Shown in pieces: positions 6,511 through 15,449 of a stretch of 35,247 bases of DNA (positions within the stretch are counted from its first letter, which is position 1; the number at the start of each line of letters is the position of its first letter). The notes under the pieces were generated by a model that was given only the letters and a program-made list of their open reading frames with translations, did no database searches and had not been told where the DNA came from. The DNA lies in the IMG/VR virus record IMGVR_UViG_3300012352_000123, positions 1 to 35,247 of that record. One strand, given 5' to 3'. Origin of the DNA: a virus. The position numbers and the translations under genes are program-made.

Positions 6511-8541
6511 ATGGATCAAAACGAGTTTTATGAGCCGACAGAGAATGACAAGGAACTAACGGCTTTTGTCGTTGACCATTGTGACCGTTGGAGAGACTAT
6601 CGCAATGTTAACTTCTTGGATGACTACCTAGAATACGAGCGTATTTTCCGTGGTGAATGGGCGGCAGAGGATAAAACTCGTGATTCCGAGCGCTCTAGAA
6701 TCGTTACTCCCGCTACACAGCAAGCCGTAGAGACTCGCCATGCCGAGATCATGGAAGCTATCTTTGGTCAAGGTGAGTTCTTTGACATTGAAGACGACCT
6801 AAGAGACATTAACGGCAATCCTTTGGATGTTGAGGTACTAAAAGCCCAACTCATGGAGGATTTCAAGCAAGACAAAATCCGTAAATCTATTGACCAGATT
6901 GAGTTGATGGCAGAAATCTACGGTACTGGCATCGGTGAGATTGTTGTCAAGACAGAAAAAATCTTTGAACCTGCCACACAAGCTATTCCTGGTCAAACTG
7001 GTCAAGCGGCTATCGGTGTTGTTGAGAAAACCCGCATGGCTGTCAAGATCATGCCTGTCAACCCTAAGAACTTCTTGTTCGACCCTAATGGTACGAGCGT
7101 AGATGACTGTATGGGTGTGGCTATTGAGAAGTATGTCGGCATCCATAAGATTGTAGAAGGCATTGAGAAGGGTATCTACCGTAAAGTAGACATCACTCCT
7201 ACCTACGAAGACACAGATTTAGAGCCAACACAAGAGTTGAGCCAATATCGTGATGAAAAAGTCCGTTTGTTAACCTACTACGGCTTAGTTCCTCGTGAAT
7301 ATCTGACAGAAAAAGATGTAGAAGTCGAAGAGTTGTTTCCTGATGACTCAGCAGCAGAAGACTATTCCGACATGGTTGAGGCCATTGTTGTGATTGCCAA
7401 TGATGGATTGCTTCTCAAAGCAGAAGAAAATCCTTACATGATGAAAGACCGACCAGTCATTTCATACCAAGACGATACTGTCCCTAACCGCCTATTGGGT
7501 CGTGGTACGGTAGAGAAGTCTTACAATATGCAAAAGGCTATTGACGCTCAAGTACGTTCACATTTGGACTCTTTGGCGCTCACTACTAGCCCTATGATGG
7601 GTATGGATGCTACTCGTCTGCCTCGTGGTGCTAAGTTTGAGGTTAAGCCAGGCAAAGCCTTCATGACCAACGGAAACCCCGCAGAGATTCTGTATCCGTT
7701 TAAGTTCGGTGAGACTAGCCTGAATAACCTGAATACTGCTAAAGAGTTTGAGCGTATGCTCCTTCAGGCTACTGGCACTTTGGACAGCCAAGGCATGGTA
7801 AGTCAAGGTAGTCGTGATGGCGCTGGCATGAGCATGGCAGTTGCTACGATTATTAAGAAGTACAAGCGTACTTTGGTTAACTTCCAAGAAGATTTCTTGA
7901 TTCCGTTCATCCAGAAGGCGGCATTCCGCTATATGCAGTTTGACCCAGAGCGGTATCCTTCTGTGGATATGAAGTTCATTCCTACTGCTACTTTGGGCAT
8001 TATTGCTCGTGAGTACGAACAACAGCAGTTTATTGGTTTGTTGCAGACTCTTGGTCCTAATACGCCAGTTCTACCGTTGATTCTTAAAGGTATCTTGGGC
8101 AATTCAAGCCTGAGTAACCGTTATGAGTTGATTGGTGCTTTGGACAAGATGAGTCAACCTGATCCACAAGCTCAAGAGATGCAACAAGTTCAGCAACAGT
8201 TGGCATTGCAAGCGGCACAGGCTCAGATTGCTGTTCAAACAACACAAGCAGAGCAGAATCGTGCAGAGGCTACCAAGCTGATGACAGAGGCTCAATTGAT
8301 GCCACAAGAAGTACAGGCAAAAGTAATTGCTTCTACTACAAAGAATCTTCCTCAAGGCAATGAGTCAAATGAGTTTGACAAGCGAGTAAAGATTGCTGAG
8401 TTAATGCTCAAGGAAGCAGACATCAAGAACAAATCCAAAATCGTTGAATTGCAGATGAATAATGCTAGAAATAGTGTAATGAATTCTGAAAACGATTTTC
8501 TTGATACTTTAAATAAGGAGATTACTAATGTCTATAAATAA
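6511..8541 (+). CDS. Portal protein (676 aa)
   Basis: Large ORF directly after terL, with a Q/A-rich helical C-terminal tail as in podovirus head-tail connectors. AGGAG at 6499-6503 is 7 nt before ATG 6511; the ORF-track GTG 6505 is too close to the RBS. Confidence 0.85.
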   Translation: MDQNEFYEPTENDKELTAFVVDHCDRWRDYRNVNFLDDYLEYERIFRGEWAAEDKTRDSERSRIVTPATQQAVETRHAEIMEAIFGQGEFFDIEDDLRDINGNPLDVEVLKAQLMEDFKQDKIRKSIDQIELMAEIYGTGIGEIVVKTEKIFEPATQAIPGQTGQAAIGVVEKTRMAVKIMPVNPKNFLFDPNGTSVDDCMGVAIEKYVGIHKIVEGIEKGIYRKVDITPTYEDTDLEPTQELSQYRDEKVRLLTYYGLVPREYLTEKDVEVEELFPDDSAAEDYSDMVEAIVVIANDGLLLKAEENPYMMKDRPVISYQDDTVPNRLLGRGTVEKSYNMQKAIDAQVRSHLDSLALTTSPMMGMDATRLPRGAKFEVKPGKAFMTNGNPAEILYPFKFGETSLNNLNTAKEFERMLLQATGTLDSQGMVSQGSRDGAGMSMAVATIIKKYKRTLVNFQEDFLIPFIQKAAFRYMQFDPERYPSVDMKFIPTATLGIIAREYEQQQFIGLLQTLGPNTPVLPLILKGILGNSSLSNRYELIGALDKMSQPDPQAQEMQQVQQQLALQAAQAQIAVQTTQAEQNRAEATKLMTEAQLMPQEVQAKVIASTTKNLPQGNESNEFDKRVKIAELMLKEADIKNKSKIVELQMNNARNSVMNSENDFLDTLNKEITNVYK

Positions 8542-11083
8542 GTTTTTTAACGAATCAAACATTGATAGTATTGCTGACAACATTTTTAATGAAGTTGATG
8601 ACTTTGCAATGACTGTTCAAAATTTGCAAAAGCGTAAAGTTGCAAATAATGTTCAGATGGTTATCCAAGCACTCAAGAAGATTGATGCTGATATTCGTGA
8701 AAAGTATGATGGTGTAACTACTGTCATTGAAAAACGAGTATCTACTATCAAAGATGGTCGTAATGGCATTGATGGTAAAGACGGTCGTGATGGTAAAGAT
8801 GGTCGAAATGGTCGTGATGGTGCTCCTGGTCCACGAGGCATGGATGGCGCTAGAGGCATGGATGGTCATGACGGAGAAGATGGTGTATCTGTTACTGATG
8901 CACACATTGACTTTGATGGTAGTTTGATTATTAGCCTGTCTTCTGGTCGATCTATCAATGTTGGAGAAGTTGTTGCTCCTGATCTGGCAGAGAAGATTAA
9001 AGTTATTACCAATGGTGGCGGTACTAGCCAAGTCGTACTTGATACGCTTACTGGTTTGCAAAGTCAAATTGATTTGATTTCATCTGCTTTGGTTTACAAA
9101 GGAACTTGGAATGCAAGTACAAATACACCTACTTTGGCTACTGGTGTTGGTACTGCTAACAGCTTTTATATTGTTTCTAATGCTGGAACTACAACTCTTG
9201 ATGGAATAAGCAATTGGGCTGTTGGTGATTGGGCGACCTTTAACGGTACTGTTTGGCAACGAGTAGAGGGCGGTGCTAACGGTAATTTTGTTGAGTTATA
9301 TGTAAGTGAAAGCGCACAAATTGATGGTCCATTAGGCGTTGGTCAAATGGGAACAATCATGTGGGATGACTCAATTTTTGAGTATGCCGCAATTGGTGCT
9401 GCTAGTATTGCTTCCAGTAATGATACTTCACATAATTCATTAAACATGACTTATGACGGTACGGACTGGACATACCAAAATAATAATGATGACCAAAATG
9501 GCTCATCTTTAACTCAATATGATGGTGGATTAACTTTTTACTCCACATCAACAGCAGGAGCTTCTGGAAATGTTGCTTCTCCTGCAATTAGATTTAGCAT
9601 AGATAAGGATGGCATTGGGTATGTTAGATCAAAGCTAAGAATTGGTTCAACCTCCTCTGTTTCAACTTATGACTCAACATTCCAAGTTAGTGATAGTATT
9701 GGTCAGAGTGCAGATACTGGTGGAATTCTTATTTCATCTTCAACTCCAAAAATAACTTTTTATGATTTCACTCTGCCTTATGCCGTTAGCCAAATTCGGC
9801 ATGATGCAAATAATCTAAGATTTATTTCTGACATTGAAAATGCTGTTGCAAGTTCAGTTATTACTTGGCACATTGATGGATCTAATTCTGAAAAGATGCG
9901 CCTCGACTCCTCTGGCAATCTAGGTATTGGTACAAGTTCACCTAACTATTTGGCAACCTTATACAAAGCAACATTGCCTGTTCTTCAACTCGCAAACTCA
10001 ACATCAGGCTCAACATCTACTGATGGCTTGTTAATTTATTTGAATGGTGCAAACGCAACTATTTCAAATGAAGAAGCTGGAGCGCTTAACTTCCAAACTT
10101 CAGGATTGCTCAGAGCCACCCTCGACTCCTCTGGCAACCTAGGATTAGGAGTTACTCCTAGTGCTTGGGCTGCAGGTAGTGCTTATGAAGTGGGTAGCGC
10201 AGCAGCCAATCAATTTGGATATAGCAAAAATGGCGTTTTTCAAAACGCTTACTACAACGGCACAAACTTTAAAGCATTTGGAACTGGTGGTTCTACTTTA
10301 TATCAGCCCTATGCTGGAGCACATGTTTGGTATTACGCAGGTTCTGCTTCAGCAGGGTCTAACATTACCTTTACCCAAGCAATGACTTTGACATCGGCTG
10401 GAAAACTGTTAGTTGGTTTCACAACTGCGCCAACAGCGGATGCTTCTTTGTTTGGAAACGGAATTCAATCTACTCTTACATCTGGTGGTGGTGGTTTTGC
10501 AAACTTGCCATTGAGTGGTGGTGGTCAAGCCTTTTACACGCATACAGGAGTAGCAGGTTCTGAGACTTATACAGAGCGTGCCCGTATAGACTCAAGTGGT
10601 AACTTGCTGGTGGGTACTACAACTGCAGGTGCTGGAGCAGGAAGCGGAAGATTAACAATTGAATCAAATAGTGCGGCAACATCAATTCCTGTAGCATTTT
10701 CAGATTTAAGAACTGATAACTTTACTTCAGCCATGGTTTCAATGGTTCGTAAAGGTTCAGTAGTTGGTAGCATTTCAACAACCAATACTGCAACTGCCTA
10801 CAACACTTCTTCAGACCAACGTCTAAAAGAAAACATTACTAACGCTGACTCTGCATCCAGTCTGATTGATTCTTTGCAAGTGCGTAAGTTTGATTGGAAA
10901 GCAGACGGCTCACATCAGCGCTATGGTTTTGTTGCTCAAGAGTTGGCAACTGTTGCTCCTGAAGCAGTACATCAACCTGAAAACACAGAAGAAATGATGG
11001 CTGTTGACTACTCCAAACTTGTCCCAATGTTGGTCAAGGAAATCCAATCTCTCCGTAAACGCCTAGCAGACGCTGGCATCTAA
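8528..11083 (+). CDS. Fibre protein with a collagen-like segment and a C-terminal S74-type intramolecular chaperone domain (851 aa)
   Basis: Gly-X-Y run GRNGIDGKDGRDGKDGRNGRDGAPGPRGMDGARGMDGHDGEDG. Three (L/I)DSSGNL(G/L)(I/L/V)G repeats. C-terminal TSSDQRLKENI...FDWK...YGFVAQEL...VDYSKLVPMLVKEIQ is the auto-cleaving chaperone signature of phage tail spikes and fibres. AAGGAG lies 7 nt before the ATG. Confidence 0.85.
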   Translation: MSINKFFNESNIDSIADNIFNEVDDFAMTVQNLQKRKVANNVQMVIQALKKIDADIREKYDGVTTVIEKRVSTIKDGRNGIDGKDGRDGKDGRNGRDGAPGPRGMDGARGMDGHDGEDGVSVTDAHIDFDGSLIISLSSGRSINVGEVVAPDLAEKIKVITNGGGTSQVVLDTLTGLQSQIDLISSALVYKGTWNASTNTPTLATGVGTANSFYIVSNAGTTTLDGISNWAVGDWATFNGTVWQRVEGGANGNFVELYVSESAQIDGPLGVGQMGTIMWDDSIFEYAAIGAASIASSNDTSHNSLNMTYDGTDWTYQNNNDDQNGSSLTQYDGGLTFYSTSTAGASGNVASPAIRFSIDKDGIGYVRSKLRIGSTSSVSTYDSTFQVSDSIGQSADTGGILISSSTPKITFYDFTLPYAVSQIRHDANNLRFISDIENAVASSVITWHIDGSNSEKMRLDSSGNLGIGTSSPNYLATLYKATLPVLQLANSTSGSTSTDGLLIYLNGANATISNEEAGALNFQTSGLLRATLDSSGNLGLGVTPSAWAAGSAYEVGSAAANQFGYSKNGVFQNAYYNGTNFKAFGTGGSTLYQPYAGAHVWYYAGSASAGSNITFTQAMTLTSAGKLLVGFTTAPTADASLFGNGIQSTLTSGGGGFANLPLSGGGQAFYTHTGVAGSETYTERARIDSSGNLLVGTTTAGAGAGSGRLTIESNSAATSIPVAFSDLRTDNFTSAMVSMVRKGSVVGSISTTNTATAYNTSSDQRLKENITNADSASSLIDSLQVRKFDWKADGSHQRYGFVAQELATVAPEAVHQPENTEEMMAVDYSKLVPMLVKEIQSLRKRLADAGI
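8756..8884 (+). repeat. Collagen-like Gly-X-Y coding repeat (14 triplets)
   Basis: GGT/GGC recurs every 9 nt with GAT/CGT-rich partners. This repeat generates the spurious alternative-frame ORFs 8653..8859(-) and 8727..8927(+). Confidence 0.85.
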
Positions 11084-11101
11084 TCTTTAAAGGAAAACAT
11101 C

Positions 11102-11398
11102 ATGGCTACAACAACTTGGAAAATCTCCACCCTTGATCGTGAAGTCTCTAACGGCTTCGTAACAACAGCGCATTGGAATTGCACAGCAGTAGATGGAGAA
11201 TACTCTGCCTCTGCTTACGCTACAGTATCATGGGCTGAAGGCACGCCTACAATCCCTTACGACAGTCTCACAGAAGCTGAAGTACTTGGTTGGGTATGGG
11301 AAAGTATCGATAAGGAAGCTACAGAGGCTTCTTTGGCTGCTCAGATTGAGTTGCTGAAAAACCCAGTAGTTGCTCAAGGGACTCCTTGGTCGGCATAA
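11102..11398 (+). CDS. Hypothetical virion-module protein (98 aa)
   Basis: MATTTWKISTLDREVSNGFVTTAHWNC... From memory it resembles a small conserved protein of aquatic podophages (unverified). Confidence 0.55.
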   Translation: MATTTWKISTLDREVSNGFVTTAHWNCTAVDGEYSASAYATVSWAEGTPTIPYDSLTEAEVLGWVWESIDKEATEASLAAQIELLKNPVVAQGTPWSA

Positions 11399-11410
11399 GT
11401 TAAACGAGAA

Positions 11411-11432
11411 GCCATCACTCGATCTTGATGGC
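11411..11432 (+). other. Perfect 7-bp hairpin in the intergenic gap
   Basis: GCCATCA-ctcgatct-TGATGGC with no U-run. It lies just upstream of the AGGAG of the 11449 gene and could be an RNA processing or stability element. Confidence 0.35.
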
Positions 11433-11448
11433 ACATTAGGAGAAAATC

Positions 11449-11664
11449 ATGGGAAACGAAAAAAAGACCCCTGTGACTATTGACGGTATTGAGTACAAGT
11501 ACGAAGACATGACACAAGAGCAACAGGCTCTCGTCAATCATGTGGCAGATTTAGACCGTAAATTGGCTTCTGCCAGGTTCAATGTTGACCAACTTCAGGT
11601 AGGAAGGGATGCTTTCTTTTCAATGTTGAAGCAATCTTTAGATAAGGTTGCAGAAGAAGCATGA
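11449..11664 (+). CDS. Hypothetical coiled-coil protein (71 aa)
   Basis: AGGAG lies 7 nt upstream. ATGA overlap with the next gene. Confidence 0.55.
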   Translation: MGNEKKTPVTIDGIEYKYEDMTQEQQALVNHVADLDRKLASARFNVDQLQVGRDAFFSMLKQSLDKVAEEA

Positions 11665-12083
11665 CCCCTGAAGAAATACAAAAACAAAAGCGGCAAAAAC
11701 AAGCTAAAACGTATTATGAAAATAATAAAGAAGCTTGCAAAGAAAGAACGAAAAATCATCCTTCTTGTAAACTTGCAAGAGAAAAATATAGAAACAAGCC
11801 TGAAACAAAAATAAAACTTAGAAATCGAAAGCTTTTACTAAATTATGGAATGACAAATGATGATTATGAAAAAATGCTAGAAAATCAACAATTTTGTTGT
11901 GCTGGTTGTAATATTCATCAAAATGAATTAAGTAAAAAGTTAAATGTAGATCATGACCATACAACTGGTTTGGTTCGCGGGTTACTTTGTGGCAATTGCA
12001 ATAGAGCCTTAGGATTGATTAAAGATAATATGGAAACATTGATTCGACTGCAACAGTATTTGGAGAACTCTCATGTCTCTTGA
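11661..12083 (+). CDS. Endonuclease VII-type HNH homing endonuclease (140 aa)
   Basis: CCAGCNIH...LNVDHDHTTGLVRGLLCGNCNRALG is the recombination endonuclease VII / HNH zinc motif. The gene is markedly AT- and Lys-rich relative to its flanks and is wedged between head-module genes. Confidence 0.85.
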   Translation: MTPEEIQKQKRQKQAKTYYENNKEACKERTKNHPSCKLAREKYRNKPETKIKLRNRKLLLNYGMTNDDYEKMLENQQFCCAGCNIHQNELSKKLNVDHDHTTGLVRGLLCGNCNRALGLIKDNMETLIRLQQYLENSHVS

Positions 12084-12318
12084 TCCAAGTTTACAAAAAT
12101 ACTATGAAGCTCGATTTGACTTGTTTTCACAACAAGGATGGATTGATCTTATGGAAGATGTTGATGTAATGTTAGATGCAATGAATAATGTGTCTACCAT
12201 TGCTGATGAAAAAAGTTTACAATTTCGCAAAGGCGAGATTTCTATCCTGACTTGGCTAAAAACCCTGAAAGGGGTTAGCGAACGAGCATACGAGGATTTG
12301 AATGAGAAGAATGTATGA
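12073..12318 (+). CDS. Hypothetical protein (81 aa)
   Basis: ORF-track ORF. Overlaps both neighbours. Confidence 0.55.
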   Translation: MSLDPSLQKYYEARFDLFSQQGWIDLMEDVDVMLDAMNNVSTIADEKSLQFRKGEISILTWLKTLKGVSERAYEDLNEKNV

Positions 12319-12529
12319 ATTTGCTTGCAATTGCGGGCAGCGCACTGAGGCTTTAGTGAGTTATGAGATCACTGAAGTGCAGTGTGGATGTGGTGGGCTT
12401 GCTCACCGTGTCATAAGCGCACCTAGCTTCAATTTAGAAGGTTGGTCTGGTCATTTCCCAACAGCTTATGCAAAGTTTGGGGCTAGACACACCGATAAGT
12501 TGAAAGCGGAGCGCAAAGCCAACTCATAA
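12311..12529 (+). CDS. Zinc-ribbon protein, FmdB-like (72 aa)
   Basis: MYEFACNCG...VQCGCGG has two CxC/CxxC pairs at the N-terminus, like FmdB-type zinc ribbons. The ORF is open from ATG 12302; ATG 12311 gives the family-typical MxxYEY/F start. Confidence 0.55.
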   Translation: MYEFACNCGQRTEALVSYEITEVQCGCGGLAHRVISAPSFNLEGWSGHFPTAYAKFGARHTDKLKAERKANS

Positions 12530-12579
12530 GCGATAAGCCGAGTTGATTATCCTACAACCATTTTGGCAGGAACATAAAT

Positions 12580-13311
12580 ATGTTGATTGACAATGAATCT
12601 GAGCCGCTAGGCGAACTTGAAATAGAAGAAACTAAATCTGAACTTCCTGAGAAATACAGGACAAAAAGTCTAGAAGAGGTAGTACGGATGCACCAAGAGG
12701 CTGAAAAGCTCATTGGTAAACAGGCACAAGAGGTCGGTGAAGTCCGTAAATTAGCTGACGAGTTGCTAAAGCAGAACCTTAGTTCTAAACAACAACATGT
12801 AAAAGAGGAAGAGCCTGAAGTTGACTTTTTTGAGAATCCTCAAAAGGCAGTTCAAGCAACGATTGATAGACATCCAGATGTTCTCGCCGCCAGACAAGCT
12901 GGTCAAGAGTTCAAACGGATGCAAATTCAGCAGAAGCTGGCGCAGGATCACCCTGATTACTCCCAAGTAGTCAACGATTCTGAGTTCCAAAACTGGGTGA
13001 AATCTTCACCTGTGCGTTTGGGTCTTTACGCTAAGGCTGATGGTGATTTTGACTATGATTCGGCTAATGAATTGTTGTCTACTTTCAAACAACTTCGTGG
13101 TATTAAGGCTAAAGAGTCTGAGCAAGCAGGTAATGCCCAACGGACAAAAAGCATGAAAGCCGCACAAGTTGATGTAGGTGGTTCAGGTGAGAGTTCTAAA
13201 CGAGTCTACAGACGGACTGACCTTATTCGTCTCAAGATGACAGACCCCGCTAGATATGACGCATTAAGTGATGAAATCATGCAAGCGTATAGTGAAGGTC
13301 GTGTTCGATAA
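12580..13311 (+). CDS. Scaffolding protein (243 aa)
   Basis: Highly charged and helical (E/K/Q-rich), and sits directly upstream of the major capsid gene. Confidence 0.65.
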   Translation: MLIDNESEPLGELEIEETKSELPEKYRTKSLEEVVRMHQEAEKLIGKQAQEVGEVRKLADELLKQNLSSKQQHVKEEEPEVDFFENPQKAVQATIDRHPDVLAARQAGQEFKRMQIQQKLAQDHPDYSQVVNDSEFQNWVKSSPVRLGLYAKADGDFDYDSANELLSTFKQLRGIKAKESEQAGNAQRTKSMKAAQVDVGGSGESSKRVYRRTDLIRLKMTDPARYDALSDEIMQAYSEGRVR

Positions 13312-13333
13312 TTTAACTTTGGAGTTTTAAATC

Positions 13334-14308
13334 ATGGCTAATACCGCATTTTCCCCAACAAACAGTGTAACCACTACTTCCGCAGCTAACTTTATTCCAG
13401 AAATCTGGAGTGATGAAATTGTTGCCGCCTATAAAAAGAACCTCGTTTTGGCCAATTTGGTCAAGAAGATGTCTTTCAAAGGCAAAAAGGGTGACACCGT
13501 TAACATCCCTAGCCCAGCTCGTGGCAATGCTTCTGCCAAAGCCGCTACTGATGCCGTTACTCTGATCGCAGAGAGCGACACCAACATTCAAGTGTTGATT
13601 AACAAGCACTATGAGTACTCACGTTTGATCGAAGACATCGTCGAAGTTCAAGCCTTGACATCACTGCGTTCTTTCTACACAGAAGACGCTGGTTATGCTT
13701 TGGCTAAACGCATCGATACTGACTTGGTTCAATTGGGTCGTGCTTTTAACGGCGCTACCATTGGTACTGATGACTACGCTACTTCTGCTTCTAGCACAAA
13801 GGCTTACATCGGTTCTGACGGTACTACTGCTTATAACAGCTCTACCTCTAACGCCGCCGCTTTGACTGATGCCGCTATTCGCCGCACCATTCAGCGTTTG
13901 GACGACAACGACATTCCTATGGACGGTCGTTTCTTCCTGATTCCTCCATCAAGCCGCAACACTTTGATGGGTCTGGCTCGTTACACTGAGCAAGCATTCA
14001 TCGGCAACGGTGATGCGATCCGCAATGGTGAAATCGGTCAACTCTACGGTATGGCTGTCTTTGCCTCTTCTAACGCTGATACAGGTGCTGGTTCTTCTGG
14101 TACTGACCGTATCTGCCTGATGGGTCATAAAGACTCTATGGTGTTGGTTGAGCAGTTGGGTATCCGTTCACAGACTCAGTACAAACAAGAGTACCTCGGT
14201 ACATTGTTCACTGCTGACACTTTGTATGGTGTTAAGGCTTTGCGTACAAGCGCTACTAGCTCTGCTGCTAACGCTTCTGGTGCATTTGCTTTGGCAGTTC
14301 CAGCCTAA
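13334..14308 (+). CDS. Major capsid protein (324 aa, HK97-fold type)
   Basis: Position after the scaffold, size, the N-terminal ...AANFIPEIWSDEIV... motif typical of podovirus coat proteins, GGAG RBS, and an intrinsic terminator immediately downstream. Confidence 0.85.
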   Translation: MANTAFSPTNSVTTTSAANFIPEIWSDEIVAAYKKNLVLANLVKKMSFKGKKGDTVNIPSPARGNASAKAATDAVTLIAESDTNIQVLINKHYEYSRLIEDIVEVQALTSLRSFYTEDAGYALAKRIDTDLVQLGRAFNGATIGTDDYATSASSTKAYIGSDGTTAYNSSTSNAAALTDAAIRRTIQRLDDNDIPMDGRFFLIPPSSRNTLMGLARYTEQAFIGNGDAIRNGEIGQLYGMAVFASSNADTGAGSSGTDRICLMGHKDSMVLVEQLGIRSQTQYKQEYLGTLFTADTLYGVKALRTSATSSAANASGAFALAVPA

Positions 14309-14318
14309 TGTTGCCTTT

Positions 14319-14349
14319 CCCCTCGCCTTAATCGGTGGGGGGATTTTTT
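14319..14349 (+). terminator. Intrinsic terminator after the major capsid gene
   Basis: CCCCUCGCC-uuaauc-GGUGGGGGG, a 9-bp stem with two G-U pairs (14319-14327 / 14334-14342), followed by AUUUUUU. Confidence 0.7.
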
Positions 14350-14371
14350 CTTAATCTAGGAGGAATTTATT

Positions 14372-14695
14372 ATGGCAACCGCATCAGCAGTAGTATCACG
14401 CCGTGGCAATGACCAATTTCGTGGCCTTTTTAGCGACACATGGGCAGTAACTTGCACCATGAACGCAGGCTCATTGGTTGATGGCGCTGGCGAGACAGAT
14501 GACATCACAGTACCAGGTGTTGCACTTGGTGATATGGTCATTGGCGCATCTTTGGGTGTGGATTTGGTTGGTTTGACAGTAACAGGTTATGTTTCTGCCG
14601 CAAACACAGTCAAGTTCCGCATTCAGAATGAGTCTGGATCAACAGCAGATTTAGCTTCTACGACAATGAAAATTGTGGTAGTTCGCATGGTCTAA
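14372..14695 (+). CDS. Hypothetical beta-rich virion protein, possible capsid decoration (107 aa)
   Basis: AGGAGG RBS. Bracketed by two terminators, which implies expression tied to the capsid gene. The function is a guess. Confidence 0.55.
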   Translation: MATASAVVSRRGNDQFRGLFSDTWAVTCTMNAGSLVDGAGETDDITVPGVALGDMVIGASLGVDLVGLTVTGYVSAANTVKFRIQNESGSTADLASTTMKIVVVRMV

Positions 14696-14696
14696 C

Positions 14697-14723
14697 AAAA
14701 GGGGGGCTAATAACCCCCTTTTT
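14697..14723 (+). terminator. Intrinsic terminator
   Basis: AAAAGGGGG-gcuaauaa-CCCCCUUUUU, with stem 14701-14705 / 14714-14718 and U5 at 14719-14723. Confidence 0.7.
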
Positions 14724-14735
14724 AATGGAGTTTTT

Positions 14736-14933
14736 ATGGCTACATTTCGTTGTTTAGCAAGCGGTCAAACAGTAACTTTTGTTCATCAACATGACATTGA
14801 TAGCATGAAGGGTCATGCAGGTTATGTCCGTGTCGATGAAGAGCAAGTAGAAACTTATGAAAAGCCTTTGATCTTGTCTCAACCTCAGCCTCAAAAGAAG
14901 GCTGGCAGACCCAAGAAAGTAGCAAATGTCTGA
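14736..14933 (+). CDS. Small protein with a basic AT-hook-like tail (65 aa)
   Basis: GGAG RBS. The C-terminus QKKAGRPKKVANV contains a GRP core flanked by Lys. Confidence 0.5.
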   Translation: MATFRCLASGQTVTFVHQHDIDSMKGHAGYVRVDEEQVETYEKPLILSQPQPQKKAGRPKKVANV

Positions 14934-15129
14934 GATTGACCCACGAGAGTTTGGCAAACTAGAAGCCCAAGTTCAGGCGCTTCAAACAGAAGTTCATGCC
15001 ATGCGAGAAGATATTAAACAACTGCTTGAGATGGCTAATAAGTCTAAGGGCGGTATGTTTGTTGGAATGGCGATTGCCTCCGTTGTTGGTGGCATCATTT
15101 CATTTATAGCAACCAAAGTAATTCGATAA
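14926..15129 (+). CDS. Small coiled-coil protein with a C-terminal transmembrane helix (67 aa)
   Basis: LEAQVQALQTEVHAMREDIKQLLE is followed by GMFVGMAIASVVGGIISFIATKV. Confidence 0.5.
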   Translation: MSEIDPREFGKLEAQVQALQTEVHAMREDIKQLLEMANKSKGGMFVGMAIASVVGGIISFIATKVIR

Positions 15130-15138
15130 GGAATCATC

Positions 15139-15300
15139 ATGTACGGCAAATCCACAAAAATGACTAGCTCTAAGATGCCTAAGAAGGCTAAAAGCATGCC
15201 TGTGACCATTATGGTTGCTGTTGGTAAGCCCAAGGCATTGCCTACTCGTGGTAGCCGTACTGCCACTAACATGATGAAAAAAGCAGGTCGTGGCAAATGA
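15139..15300 (+). CDS. Very basic 53-aa protein
   Basis: Below the ORF-track cutoff. Translation: MYGKSTKMTSSKMPKKAKSMPVTIMVAVGKPKALPTRGSRTATNMMKKAGRGK. The stop overlaps the next ATG (ATGA). Confidence 0.45.
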   Translation: MYGKSTKMTSSKMPKKAKSMPVTIMVAVGKPKALPTRGSRTATNMMKKAGRGK

Positions 15301-15449
15301 AAAAGACCAAAGCAGAGGCCAAGATCAGCAAAGTCATGCGTGAGTATAAATCAGGAACTCTTCATTCTGGCAAGGGCGGTCCTGTTGTTAAAAAGCCAAA
15401 ACAAGCGATTGCGATTGCTTTGAGTCAAGCAAAAAAGGTGAAGAAATGA
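15297..15449 (+). CDS. Very basic 50-aa protein (KSG...KQAIAIALSQA type)
   Basis: Translation: MKKTKAEAKISKVMREYKSGTLHSGKGGPVVKKPKQAIAIALSQAKKVKK. From memory it resembles a small conserved bacterial/phage family of unknown function (unverified). ATGA overlaps on both sides. Confidence 0.5.
   Translation: MKKTKAEAKISKVMREYKSGTLHSGKGGPVVKKPKQAIAIALSQAKKVKK

Noticed and set aside
8555-9067. Minus-strand and alternative-frame ORFs across the collagen-repeat region (8555..9067, 8653..8859, 8727..8927)
   Set aside because: They are generated by the periodic GGT-NNN-NNN repeat, which keeps several frames open. Only the Gly-X-Y frame is continuous with the 851-aa fibre.
14994-15296. 100-aa minus-strand ORF opposite the small-protein genes (also 16259..16603 and 14740..14957 minus)
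   Set aside because: The plus strand carries a chain of start-stop-overlapping ORFs in the operon direction. The minus ORFs lack RBSs and would collide with late transcription.
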